43,071 bases of DNA from Helicobacteraceae bacterium. Its GTDB lineage: Bacteria; Campylobacterota; Campylobacteria; Campylobacterales; Sulfurimonadaceae. The DNA lies in assembly GCA_027061425.1 (NCBI GenBank), contig JALSUN010000042.1:1-43071 (forward strand), in the 5' to 3' direction. The position numbers and the translations under genes are program-made. Below the pieces are notes generated by a model, which did not search any database, was not told where the DNA came from, and was given only the letters and a program-made list of their open reading frames with translations. This document shows positions 27,266-36,663 of this stretch, in pieces. Each line of letters begins with the position of its first letter. The first letter of the stretch is position 1.

Positions 27266-27835
27266 TTACTTTTTGATGTAAGCTTTAATGATCTCTTGTT
27301 TATCAAGAGGTTTGTTGCCACGAGGATTTGTTGCTACATTGTTTAACTTGTTCAGAGTATCCATCCCTTTTACCACATAACCAAATATGGTGTGATGGCC
27401 GTTTAACCATGGCGTGGGTGCTGTTGTGATGAAAAATTGGCTGCCGTTAGTACCCGGTCCTGCATTGGCCATAGCCAAGATACCTGGTTTGTTAAAAGTG
27501 ACATTCTTAGCAAATTCATCTTTAAAGGGCTTCTTCCAGATCGATGCGCCTCCACGGCCGGTACCGGTTGGGTCTCCCCCTTGAATCATAAAGTCTTTAA
27601 TAATACGGTGAAAGATAAGACCATTATAGTAGCCCTCTTTGACATGAGTAACAAAGTTCTCAACAGCAAGTGGTGCATAGTCTGGACGAAGTTCTAACTC
27701 TATCACCCCTTGTGTTGTCTCGAAAACGACAACAGGTTTGGTGACAGGTTTATGGTCACTTTTTGAGAGACTGTCGTGTAAGTCAGCAAAGGCAAGTGTT
27801 GAGAGGGCCATTAGTAGTATGAATATCTGTTTCAT
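27266..27835 (-). CDS. Cyclophilin-type peptidyl-prolyl isomerase with signal peptide
   Basis: FHRIIKDFMIQGGDPTGTGRGG, LAMANAGPGTNGSQFFIT, WLNGHHTIFG; signal MKQIFILLMALSTLAFA. Confidence 0.96.
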   Translation of the reverse strand: MKQIFILLMALSTLAFADLHDSLSKSDHKPVTKPVVVFETTQGVIELELRPDYAPLAVENFVTHVKEGYYNGLIFHRIIKDFMIQGGDPTGTGRGGASIWKKPFKDEFAKNVTFNKPGILAMANAGPGTNGSQFFITTAPTPWLNGHHTIFGYVVKGMDTLNKLNNVATNPRGNKPLDKQEIIKAYIKK

Positions 27836-28023
27836 GATGCGTTCCATTATATAATTCAAGATGAAATTATTATAGCAAAGCTAAACTACATTTTATTATT
27901 ATAGAAGGGATTTAGGATAAAAAACTTATAAAGACACTTTTAGCAACAGTGGTATTTTGAGCAAAAGGTCTGTGACACTTTGGCTGTTGCAACCATTTCT
28001 ACTCTCTTGTTATAATCTCTTTT

Positions 28024-28845
28024 ATGAAATATCTTTTTATCTTTGCTTTTTTCTTAAACAGCTTAACGCTTAATGCCTCAGATTTAGTTCAAGCAGCAAC
28101 GCTCTCTAATGATGTCTACTTGCCTCCTGCGCAATTTATACAGAAGTATGAAAGTAAAAACTACAGATTAGTGCCTGCAAAAGTCTCGGGAGTGCAGTTT
28201 TATATTTTTGTGCAAAAAGAGCAGTTGTGGGTAGTGTTTGAGGGTACAGATAATCTGCAAAATATTGAGACAGACCTGGATATTAGTGAAATGCCTTTTA
28301 GAGATGAAAACAGCAGCAGGGTTCATGCGGGATATTATAAAGAGGCACTTGAAGCACTAGAGGTGATACGTCCCTATCTTCATCAAAATATGCATATCAC
28401 CGTAACAGGTCATAGTCTCGGTGGGGCAGTGGCACATCTGCTCTCTGCGCTACTTTATAAGGAGGGCTACGATGTCACTGTTTATACTTTTGGCGCGCCA
28501 CCTGTAGGTAATGCTGCTTTTGTTGAGAGTATCAGAGGGTTGAAGCATGAACGTTACACCCATATATTTGACATTATTCCACTGCTTAAAAAAAGTTATG
28601 TTGAGAAGATCAAAGAGGCAATGGGGTATGTTCATGAGCAACTGCCGGAAGATGTACAGTTTGAGTCATTGATAGCAGCAGTGGATGCGCTGCCTTATGA
28701 TTATGTGCATCAAGGTAGCCACCATTACTTATATAACAGTGGAACACTGCCTCTTCATTACGAGACACTTCCTTGGTATGAGAAGGTCATCGTGCGTGCT
28801 CGGTTGTATCACTCAAGCCCCAATTATCTTGAGGCGGTACGTTAG
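28024..28845 (+). CDS. Secreted class 3 lipase family protein
   Basis: VVFEGTD, RVHAGYY, VTGHSLGGAVA, YTFGAPPVGN, DIIP, terminal YHS; signal peptide. Confidence 0.9.
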   Translation: MKYLFIFAFFLNSLTLNASDLVQAATLSNDVYLPPAQFIQKYESKNYRLVPAKVSGVQFYIFVQKEQLWVVFEGTDNLQNIETDLDISEMPFRDENSSRVHAGYYKEALEALEVIRPYLHQNMHITVTGHSLGGAVAHLLSALLYKEGYDVTVYTFGAPPVGNAAFVESIRGLKHERYTHIFDIIPLLKKSYVEKIKEAMGYVHEQLPEDVQFESLIAAVDALPYDYVHQGSHHYLYNSGTLPLHYETLPWYEKVIVRARLYHSSPNYLEAVR

Positions 28846-28846
28846 A

Positions 28847-29419
28847 CTATAAAATGCCCATGTCTGCAAACTGTTCTGCAGTCATACGTTTTCTATCGCC
28901 ATTAAGTGTATAGATATAACCTTTTACAGCATGACCTTTTTCGACATTGATCTTATATTTTAGATTACCATTAGGGTAGTACTCTTTAAGCGTACCATCT
29001 AATTGCCCTTCATCGTTGAAGTAGAGTTTGGCTTTGAGGTTTCCATCAGGAAAGACGATTTTTTTAGTTCCCACGTTGTGATCATCTACAAACTTGGCAA
29101 TAGACTTTAGTGCACCATTAGAGTAGTACTCTTTTTGTGTGCCGTGGATCTTGCCATCACGCATAGGGATTTCTGCTTTTAAATGGCCGTTTTCATAGTA
29201 ACCATAGGTCATGCCATCAACTTTTCCATTACGGAAATTTGTCTTTGTTTTAAGCGCACCACTTGGATAGTAGGCTCTGGCAACGCCATTTAATTTACCA
29301 TTTTCATAGCTGCGTTCAAACTTCACCTTGCCATCAGGATAGAAGGTCTGTTTTACTTCAGCGTGAAGAGAGAGTGTGGCGAGTAGGGCGATCAGGGTGA
29401 GACTAAGTTTTGTTTTCAT
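28847..29419 (-). CDS. Secreted MORN-variant repeat (YwqK-like) protein
   Basis: Repeats of YYxNGxLKxxxxxxDGKxxG; signal peptide ending SLHA. Confidence 0.88.
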   Translation of the reverse strand: MKTKLSLTLIALLATLSLHAEVKQTFYPDGKVKFERSYENGKLNGVARAYYPSGALKTKTNFRNGKVDGMTYGYYENGHLKAEIPMRDGKIHGTQKEYYSNGALKSIAKFVDDHNVGTKKIVFPDGNLKAKLYFNDEGQLDGTLKEYYPNGNLKYKINVEKGHAVKGYIYTLNGDRKRMTAEQFADMGIL

Positions 29420-29449
29420 GGGTTTTCCTTGTGTTGAGTTGGGTATGCA

Positions 29450-31207
29450 TTAGAGTCCTAGTTCATCAGGATCAACATGCTCTTTAATGCCGATACCTGG
29501 ATGTGGATGTGGAAGATGGTCTTTGCCTATAGGACAGATCGCTTCAATATTATCTATAAGAACAGGGACTAAAAAGAGAGAGACTACTGTAGCCGCGATG
29601 GAACCAAAGATCAGCGCGATACCAAGACCTCCAAAAATGGGGTCAGTAGAGAGTAGTAGACTTCCTAAAATGATGGCGACTGCCGTCATCAAGATAGGCT
29701 TGGCGCGGGTAGCCGTTGAGATAGCAATAGCACGACGTTTCTCTACCCCTTTTTCTATAAGAGCCTTGGAAAAGTCGATTAACAGAAGCGAACTCCGTGC
29801 ACTGATGCCCATCAATGAGATAAAGCCAATGAGTGAAGTGGCTGTCAAGAAGAAGTGGGTGCCTGCTGCGACAAGTGAGATGATGTCGGTGACGAAGTGA
29901 CCAACAATGACCCCAATGATAGAGAGAAAACTTGCCAGTAAAATGACCCCACTTAATGCAAAAGATTTGTAGTAGACCACCATGAGTAAAAACATCAATA
30001 TCAGTGCTGCTATAAAGGCACCTCCCAGGTCTCTAAAGGTGTCAAGTGAGACCTTCATCTCTCCATCCCATCTGAGTAAAAGCTTCTCTCCTGTCTCCTT
30101 GTCCACTAAGTTAAGATCAAACATATAAGTTGACATTCCTGGTACTTTGGTGACATTAAAATCTTCTGACAATCTCTCAAGCAGTGTTGCTCTTGCATCT
30201 AAAAGAGGATAGACCTGAGAAACCAGGTCGCACTCTGCAGTAATCGTGACCAAGTCATGAAGATCTTTTCTAAATATAGTAGGGCTAGATGGTACCTCTT
30301 TGATCTCAATAACCTCTTTTATAGGAATCATCATGCCCTTACGATTAAGAAGTTTAAGTCGGGAGAGTTTCCACTCAAGACCTGCTTTAGAGTTGGTGGC
30401 TACATTACGACTGCTCTCATCCAAGCGCACAAAAATAGGAATCTGGTCTTGCTGAGTTTGAGAGTTCTTAACAGCAACTACAGAACCTTCAAACGCGAGG
30501 TATAAAATGTTGTTGACCTGCTCAACACTGAGACCACTGCGTATGATCTTCTCTTTGTCAGGGATGATCTGGTAAAAAGGGTAGATGTCATCTTGCATGA
30601 CATCTACATCAACCAAACCTTCGGTCTCTTTTAAAATATTGGCGATCTTAATGGCAGTTTGGCGCATTAAGATGTGATCGCGTCCAAAAAGGTTGACGGC
30701 TATAGTTGCCATTGTAGGTGGACCCGATGGCATCTCTACAAATCTTACGGTTGCTTGCGTTGCGAGGGGTTGGCACTCGTCTTGGATGAGAGGACGAATG
30801 CGGTGTACCATCATGTAGGAAGGCTCTTCTCGTTCATGCTTGTCTGTGAGGTTAACAACGATCTCCGCTTGATTTCTCATCTGTTTAAAGTCACTGCCTT
30901 TGACCAGACCAGCATAGTCTAATGGAGCACCTTGTGCCAGATAGACCTCGATGTCATGAACATTTTTTTCATGTTTGAAGTAGCCCACAACACAGTCTGT
31001 GACACGTTTGGTGTCCACAAGGGAGCTGTTGGTAGCGGTATCAACGTAGACACTAAAGGTGTTGGCACTTTTACCTGGAAGCATCTTTGCCATGACGATT
31101 TTAGTGGGTATCATCATCACTGCAACAAGAAATGCGACTGCAATGTAGATGAGTACCTTGCGTTTCTTTTTAGGGTCATTTAAAATGCCATAGATACGCT
31201 CTTCCAT
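29450..31207 (-). CDS. RND efflux permease, C-terminal half (split AcrB-like)
   Basis: MPSGPPTMA, WDGEMKVSLDTFRDLG, ATSLIGFISLMGI, TRAKPILMTA, DPIFGGLGIALIFG. Confidence 0.9.
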   Translation of the reverse strand: MEERIYGILNDPKKKRKVLIYIAVAFLVAVMMIPTKIVMAKMLPGKSANTFSVYVDTATNSSLVDTKRVTDCVVGYFKHEKNVHDIEVYLAQGAPLDYAGLVKGSDFKQMRNQAEIVVNLTDKHEREEPSYMMVHRIRPLIQDECQPLATQATVRFVEMPSGPPTMATIAVNLFGRDHILMRQTAIKIANILKETEGLVDVDVMQDDIYPFYQIIPDKEKIIRSGLSVEQVNNILYLAFEGSVVAVKNSQTQQDQIPIFVRLDESSRNVATNSKAGLEWKLSRLKLLNRKGMMIPIKEVIEIKEVPSSPTIFRKDLHDLVTITAECDLVSQVYPLLDARATLLERLSEDFNVTKVPGMSTYMFDLNLVDKETGEKLLLRWDGEMKVSLDTFRDLGGAFIAALILMFLLMVVYYKSFALSGVILLASFLSIIGVIVGHFVTDIISLVAAGTHFFLTATSLIGFISLMGISARSSLLLIDFSKALIEKGVEKRRAIAISTATRAKPILMTAVAIILGSLLLSTDPIFGGLGIALIFGSIAATVVSLFLVPVLIDNIEAICPIGKDHLPHPHPGIGIKEHVDPDELGL

Positions 31208-32787
31208 TAATGGGTCCCTTTAGCACGTTTAATCAGTTTTTTGGCCAAAAATGGGGTGAAGACATAAGCGACAAAGAGAGAGACCGCTAAGGCTACAGGA
31301 ACGTTAAGGGGGATAGGTTTCATAAACTGTCCCATCATACCACCTACAAAGGCCATAGGTGCCATAGTTAAAATAATAGCGATAGTGGCTATGTTTGTGG
31401 AGGGACCAATTTCGTCAGTCGCTTCGATAATAATGCGGTCAAAATCTTGTTCAGCGGTCTCTTTAAGGTGCATACGACGGTGGATGTTCTCGATCACGAT
31501 AATAGCATCATCAACAATAAGACCCAGACTCAGTAAAAAAGCAAAGAGAGTAATACGGTTGATGGTTTGGTCAGTCATATAAGCGATAAAAAGCGTGGTC
31601 GCTAAGATCATAGGCACGGCAATGGAGACCACAAGAGACTCTCTCCATCCTAAAAATGGGATAAGGATCAGTCCAATAATCCCGATGGTGATGACGAGGT
31701 GATGGATGAGCTCATTAACCGCTTCATCCGCACGTTCACCATAATTACGGGTAATGATATAACCGATGCCTGCCTCGTCTAACATGGTACGCTTCTCTTT
31801 GAGAAGTTCTACGACATTTTCAGTAATATGGACGGCATTGGTACCTTTGAGTTTAGAAACGGTAAGTGTGACTTGCTCAATGGTGTTGTCAAAGGTCTCA
31901 TTGTTCTCACGCATAGCCAACTCAGAGGCTTGGTAATGTTGCATGTCCCAACTAAACTCTACGTCAGCTACATCTTTAAGATAGATGGCAGAACCCATGT
32001 ACTGTGCGACGATAAGATTTCTAATATCATCAACAGTCTCTATAGAGTTTTGAACACCAAAGACAATCAGGGTATTTTTGGCTGAGGGGGTTTGTATATT
32101 AGGAGCATTGTTAGCAATAGCTTTAACAGCATTGGCGATTTGGCCTAGAGAGAGGTGGTAGCCTGAGAGTTTGTCCAGATCAACGTTAATGTTAAATTGA
32201 GGATGGTGGATACCTTTTAGTGTACTTTTAGAGACATTTTCTATAGCGTTGATCTCTTGTTGTACCTCTCTGACCACGCGATACTGCTCTACAGTGCTTG
32301 GTCTTCGGTGCTCCTTTTGGTAAAAGGCGACGGTGGCAACAGGAATATCGATGTCGATGTCAAAAGGTTTGATGAGTGGTGCCTGGACGCCGACAGGAAG
32401 TTTGTCCATGTTCTGCATCACCTTGTCATAGAGCTTAAGGTTACTAGACTCTCTGTCCTCACCGATAAAGTACTGCACATTGATCATACCGACGTTGTTC
32501 ATAGCCGTACCATAAACATGCTCAACACCTTTGATCTCACGGATACGGCGCTCAAGAGGTTTGATGACGACATTAGTAATGGCCTCAGGAGAGGCACCCG
32601 GGATGACAACCATGATAGAACCGCCACTTACAGCGATCTGTGGATCTTCTTCACGAGGGGCGATGTTGAGGGTGATGTAGCCTAGCAGTAAAACTGAGAC
32701 AAGGAGTACCATAGTCAGTGGGTTGTTAAGAAACATCTTGGCCATAATGCCCGCAATGTTTTTACTTTTGTACTCCTCATTTTTCAT
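31207..32787 (-). CDS. RND efflux permease, N-terminal half (split AcrB-like)
   Basis: PREEDPQI, PGASPE, INRITLFAFLLSLGLIVDDAIIVIENIHR, GMMGQFMKPIP. Confidence 0.9.
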   Translation of the reverse strand: MKNEEYKSKNIAGIMAKMFLNNPLTMVLLVSVLLLGYITLNIAPREEDPQIAVSGGSIMVVIPGASPEAITNVVIKPLERRIREIKGVEHVYGTAMNNVGMINVQYFIGEDRESSNLKLYDKVMQNMDKLPVGVQAPLIKPFDIDIDIPVATVAFYQKEHRRPSTVEQYRVVREVQQEINAIENVSKSTLKGIHHPQFNINVDLDKLSGYHLSLGQIANAVKAIANNAPNIQTPSAKNTLIVFGVQNSIETVDDIRNLIVAQYMGSAIYLKDVADVEFSWDMQHYQASELAMRENNETFDNTIEQVTLTVSKLKGTNAVHITENVVELLKEKRTMLDEAGIGYIITRNYGERADEAVNELIHHLVITIGIIGLILIPFLGWRESLVVSIAVPMILATTLFIAYMTDQTINRITLFAFLLSLGLIVDDAIIVIENIHRRMHLKETAEQDFDRIIIEATDEIGPSTNIATIAIILTMAPMAFVGGMMGQFMKPIPLNVPVALAVSLFVAYVFTPFLAKKLIKRAKGTH

Positions 32788-32793
32788 AATGAT

Positions 32794-33606
32794 CTATCTT
32801 CCTGCAACACGTGTTTTATCAACATTGATTAAGATCTTGGCATACATACCTGGAAAGATCTTATCGCTTGTCTTTTTAAAGTTGACAATAATCTTAAAGG
32901 TGTGGGCCATAGGGTTGGCACTTGGAACAATAGACTTGATGATACCTTGCGTTTTGTAGTTAAGAGAAGGGATCGTGACATTGACCTTTTGAAATTTTTC
33001 AACATATTTCAGGTCAGATTCGGCCACTTGACCTTCTATTTGGAGGTGGTCTAAGTCTACAAGAATCATGGTGAGCATACCCGGTGCGATAAGATCACCT
33101 ACCCGTATGCTTTTTTCAACAATAATACCTGCATTTGGGGCTTTGACTTCAAGATAACCGGTAATGGTTGAGATCTGCTTGGCCTTCTCAGCAGCATTTT
33201 TAACCAAGACCTGGGCAGAGGCGAGGCCTGCTTCTACATTGTCAGCAGTTATGTCCAAGTTCTGAAAGTCGGCACTGTTGACCAGTCCTTTTCTCTTTAA
33301 AAGTCCACGTTGACGATCAAGAGAGCGTTTACGTGTTCTGTAGATATCAACGATGGCTAGGGCCTGTTCTAATGCAAGGTCTGCTTGATTTTTTAAGATG
33401 TCAAATTCGGCAGACTCCAACTCAAATAGGGTGTCCTCACGTTCGACACGATCGCCAACATCATAATAGATGTGTTTGACATAACCCATATAGCGCGCAC
33501 CGATCATCTTCTGGTTGTAAGAGACAACGGTACCTGTCAGTTTAAGTTCAAGCGCAGAAAGATCAACACCAAGCAGTATCATAAGAAGTAAGAAAATTTG
33601 TTTCAA
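32794..33606 (-). CDS. RND periplasmic adaptor (membrane fusion protein)
   Basis: Lipoyl-like GYVKHIYYDVGDRV and VKAPNAGIIVEKSIRVGDLI; PGMYAKI. Confidence 0.92.
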   Translation of the reverse strand: MKQIFLLLMILLGVDLSALELKLTGTVVSYNQKMIGARYMGYVKHIYYDVGDRVEREDTLFELESAEFDILKNQADLALEQALAIVDIYRTRKRSLDRQRGLLKRKGLVNSADFQNLDITADNVEAGLASAQVLVKNAAEKAKQISTITGYLEVKAPNAGIIVEKSIRVGDLIAPGMLTMILVDLDHLQIEGQVAESDLKYVEKFQKVNVTIPSLNYKTQGIIKSIVPSANPMAHTFKIIVNFKKTSDKIFPGMYAKILINVDKTRVAGR

Positions 33607-33667
33607 TGCATTATTACCTTAAGTGCACCAGAACTTGGTCTGGTTTTATATGACGCTATTTTTGTGG

Positions 33668-34075
33668 TTACCATGTACGAAGTTGTGAATGACACTCCAT
33701 GCACTGTTTCATGATCTTAGTATAGGCTTGTATAGCTTGGGGCATGTCACCTGCTTTAAAACGCTCCAAGATGATCTTAGCTTTTTGATCTATCTTTTTA
33801 GTGATCTTGTTAGAGAAGACTACCTTTTGATTCATATAGCGTGTCATTGGGTCTTTCTCTTCAGTCTCTTCAAGAGGTGGTTGTACCCGACGAATAGCAT
33901 CTGAAAGCTTGAGTGCGCCATCTTGAACAATTTCGTTATTGTTGTAAAAGAAACCTGTCTGGATTTGAGACATTGATTCTGCCATGATCTGCATATCTTT
34001 AATACGGTCGGCTTTAGTGTAGGCCTCTGCAAAAAGTGCAGAACTAAGAAGTAAGAGAAGTAGTGCTTTTTTCAT
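33668..34075 (-). CDS. Periplasmic monoheme cytochrome c (class II/c'-like)
   Basis: Signal peptide; helical body; C-terminal CMECH heme motif. Confidence 0.85.
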   Translation of the reverse strand: MKKALLLLLLSSALFAEAYTKADRIKDMQIMAESMSQIQTGFFYNNNEIVQDGALKLSDAIRRVQPPLEETEEKDPMTRYMNQKVVFSNKITKKIDQKAKIILERFKAGDMPQAIQAYTKIMKQCMECHSQLRTW

Positions 34076-34460
34076 TTTAATCCTTTATAACAAAGACCTT
34101 TCCCTAAATTAGGGTATTTCAGGCACTTGTTGAAAATATTATAGCCTAGAAACTTTGAAGTGAGTAACATTTGCCTAAATTTTAAATTTAACATTATTAG
34201 TGTGTAAAAAACATATAAAATTTTCAGATATATGCTTTAGAGCCCTATAAATAGGGAAATAAAAATATACTACTTGAAATATGGAGTAAAGTGTATTACT
34301 TTTTATTATAAGAGCTCTACTTTCGTGAGGGTGGGAAGTATAAGGAGTTTTAATGTGTGTTTCGTTTTGAAATATAATCTACTCTAATATGGGAATTTAA
34401 GACACACTTTAGGGTTTGAGGGCTATAGTTTTCCCAGAAACAATTAAAAAAAGGATCAAA

Positions 34461-35480
34461 ATGAGAAAAGTAATTGTAGCAAGCGCTCTAGCATTTAGTG
34501 CATTAACAACAACAGTATACGCAGGTGACTTTAGTTTTGGCGACATGTTTAAAGACATGAAAGACGCAACAACAACAATGAGTCATGATGCACGTGACAC
34601 AGCTGACTCAATGAAAGATGGTGGTGTAGAGGTCTCTAAAAGTGGAGAACGTACAGTGACCAGTGTCAGTCATGATGCCCGTGATTCAGCAGTTAAGGCA
34701 TCTGATGATCTTAAAACAAGTGAAATTGCAACAGTGAAAAGTGGTGAAGTGACTTCTACGAGTGTGAGTCGTGATGTTCGTGACTCTACTGTAGAACTAG
34801 CTGAAGATACAAAAGACACGGCAACTAACACGTCACGTGACATGAAAGACAGTTCAACGATGGCAACGAAGGACTTTAAAGATTCTACAGTTCAAGTGTC
34901 TCATGACATGAGTGATTCTACTAAAACTGTTTCTGGAGACCTTAAAAGTTCAACTGAGACCACGTCAAACAACTTGAATGACTCTACAAAGACAACATCT
35001 AACAATCTTAATGATTCTACTAAGACCACGTCAAATAACTTGAATGACTCTACAAAGACGACTTCAAACAATTTGAATGATTCTACGAAGACACTTTCTA
35101 ACAACTTAGATGATTCTACTAAGACGATCTCTAACGATGCGAGAACCTCTTCAACAACAGCGTCAAATGACATGAGAGACTCTACTGACAGTATCTCTGA
35201 CAATGCAAATGACTCTACGAAGACTGTCTCTAACGATGCAAGAACTTCTAGTGTTGCTGCCTCAAACGACGCGCGTAAATCTAGTGTTTCTGCTTCTAAC
35301 GACGCACGTAAGTCAAGTGTTTCAGCAACTAACGATGCCCGTCACTCTACTGACAGCATCTCTGACAACGCTGGTTCATCTACACGTTCAGTAGCAGATA
35401 ACGCAGGAAGTGCAACACGTACACTTTCTGAGTCTGATTATGCTGAGTATGAAAAATGGAAAGCTTCTCAGAAGAAGTAA
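34461..35480 (+). CDS. Secreted Ser/Thr/Asp-rich protein built of 11-residue repeats
   Basis: Signal MRKVIVASALAFSALTTTVYA; SD AAGGA; 11-aa periodicity (STKTTSNNLND, SSVSASNDARK) over most of the chain. Confidence 0.85.
   Translation: MRKVIVASALAFSALTTTVYAGDFSFGDMFKDMKDATTTMSHDARDTADSMKDGGVEVSKSGERTVTSVSHDARDSAVKASDDLKTSEIATVKSGEVTSTSVSRDVRDSTVELAEDTKDTATNTSRDMKDSSTMATKDFKDSTVQVSHDMSDSTKTVSGDLKSSTETTSNNLNDSTKTTSNNLNDSTKTTSNNLNDSTKTTSNNLNDSTKTLSNNLDDSTKTISNDARTSSTTASNDMRDSTDSISDNANDSTKTVSNDARTSSVAASNDARKSSVSASNDARKSSVSATNDARHSTDSISDNAGSSTRSVADNAGSATRTLSESDYAEYEKWKASQKK
34968..35132 (+). repeat. Five 33-bp coding tandem repeats (NNLNDSTKTTS)
   Basis: Units such as aac aac ttg aat gac tct aca aag aca aca tct / aac aat ctt aat gat tct act aag acc acg tca; no unique spacers. 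Confidence 0.9.
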
Positions 35481-35488
35481 TCTCTTTA

Positions 35489-35521
35489 ATCTATAAGAGG
35501 TTCTGCCTCTTATAGATCTTT
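35489..35521 (+). terminator. Rho-independent terminator
   Basis: Perfect 12-bp stem ATCTATAAGAGG-ttctg-CCTCTTATAGAT followed by CTTTAATTT, just after the stop at 35480. Confidence 0.75.
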
Positions 35522-35588
35522 AATTTGTTATCGTTTATTCATAAAATATATTTGTATATTTTATCTTTGAATGTATATAGGAATCAAG

Positions 35589-36662
35589 ATGAAAAAAAAC
35601 TATCAAACCCTGGCGATGAGCCTTCTTATCTCTTTGAGCGCTTCACAACTGTTAGCAGAAGACAATGTCTTGGATATTACCTTGGTAAAAGCACCACAAG
35701 CACCAGAGGTCAAAGCTAAAGTACCTCAGGTCAACTTGATCGTTGAAGGTGAGAGTGTCACTAAAAAGCCAGTGATTTCGCAAGAGAAAAAGGTAGAGAC
35801 AAAAAATGAAGAGAATGCTACTTATAACATTTTAGAAGGCAAACGTTATCCGCCAAACTATTTTAAAAAAGAGGCTAAAGAAAGTGTTAAAAAAGCCGGG
35901 GTAGGCGAGGTCGAAAATGACCGTGTTGCCGCCTACTTACAAGCACCATTGCTCTCTATGGATGATGTTAAATCCAAATTAAGTGCTGCTGGATTTACTG
36001 TGTTGGCCTCTTACAAAGTGGACAAAAAAGGAAAAGTCACCTCTTTGGTCTTTACTGATGAAAATCTGACACAAAAGGCCTCTAAAAGCACAAGAGGATT
36101 TGCAGGAAACTTGCGTCTTTTAGTAGATGAGAAAAACCAGCAGATCAGTATCTCTAACCCTATCTATGTTCAAAAAGCATTTATGCAAGATGATTATGAT
36201 GATGCTTTTGCTAAAAAGAATCTAGAGCGTCTGCTCGCACAGTTTGAGGGTCTCAAAAACTCTAAAGATGTAGTAAAGTTCATCCGTCTGCCACGTTATA
36301 AGTTTATGAATGGTATGCCTGTTTATGAAGATATGAAAGTGGTGTCAGAGGGAAGTAATAAAGCGCTTCTTGAAAAAGCAAGAAAGTCTAAAAAAGTGGT
36401 TTTTGAACAAAAACTCTCTAATGGTGCAACATTGATTGGTGTTAAACTCTCCAAGCGCACCAGTAAGTTTGTTAAAAAGATAGGCTACCAAAATGCAGAG
36501 CTCCTGCCTTATCCTGTACTGATAGAAGATGGCAAGGCTAAGATCTTGGCACCTAAGTACTATATCGCTGTAATGTATCCTCTACTCTCAATGTCAGAGT
36601 TTATGACCATAGCGACAGTTCCTGGCGCTATCTCAAAAGATTGTGACAAGATCTTCCGCTAA
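35589..36662 (+). CDS. Secreted hypothetical protein, possibly tandem DUF302-like domains
   Basis: Signal peptide; DDVKSKLSAAGFTVLASY...ISISNPIY and ELLPYPVLIEDGKAKILAP. The fold assignment is tentative. Confidence 0.6.
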   Translation: MKKNYQTLAMSLLISLSASQLLAEDNVLDITLVKAPQAPEVKAKVPQVNLIVEGESVTKKPVISQEKKVETKNEENATYNILEGKRYPPNYFKKEAKESVKKAGVGEVENDRVAAYLQAPLLSMDDVKSKLSAAGFTVLASYKVDKKGKVTSLVFTDENLTQKASKSTRGFAGNLRLLVDEKNQQISISNPIYVQKAFMQDDYDDAFAKKNLERLLAQFEGLKNSKDVVKFIRLPRYKFMNGMPVYEDMKVVSEGSNKALLEKARKSKKVVFEQKLSNGATLIGVKLSKRTSKFVKKIGYQNAELLPYPVLIEDGKAKILAPKYYIAVMYPLLSMSEFMTIATVPGAISKDCDKIFR

Positions 36663-36663
36663 A

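Noticed and set aside
27971-27991. TGTGACA-N7-TGTTGCA upstream of the lipase as a second WYL box
   Set aside because: Core mismatches, different spacer, and 20 nt rather than 10 nt to the -10 box.
28024-29419. Lipase plus YwqK-like protein as a toxin-immunity pair
   Set aside because: The genes are convergent; the MORN-repeat gene follows the RND operon, and such proteins are common outside toxin loci.
31200-31215. RND split as a pseudogene or sequencing frameshift
   Set aside because: Clean TAATG coupling with an SD-like sequence at the natural domain boundary; both halves are otherwise intact.
34968-35132. 33-bp repeats as a CRISPR array
   Set aside because: No unique spacers, variation mostly at third codon positions, inside an ORF, and no cas genes.
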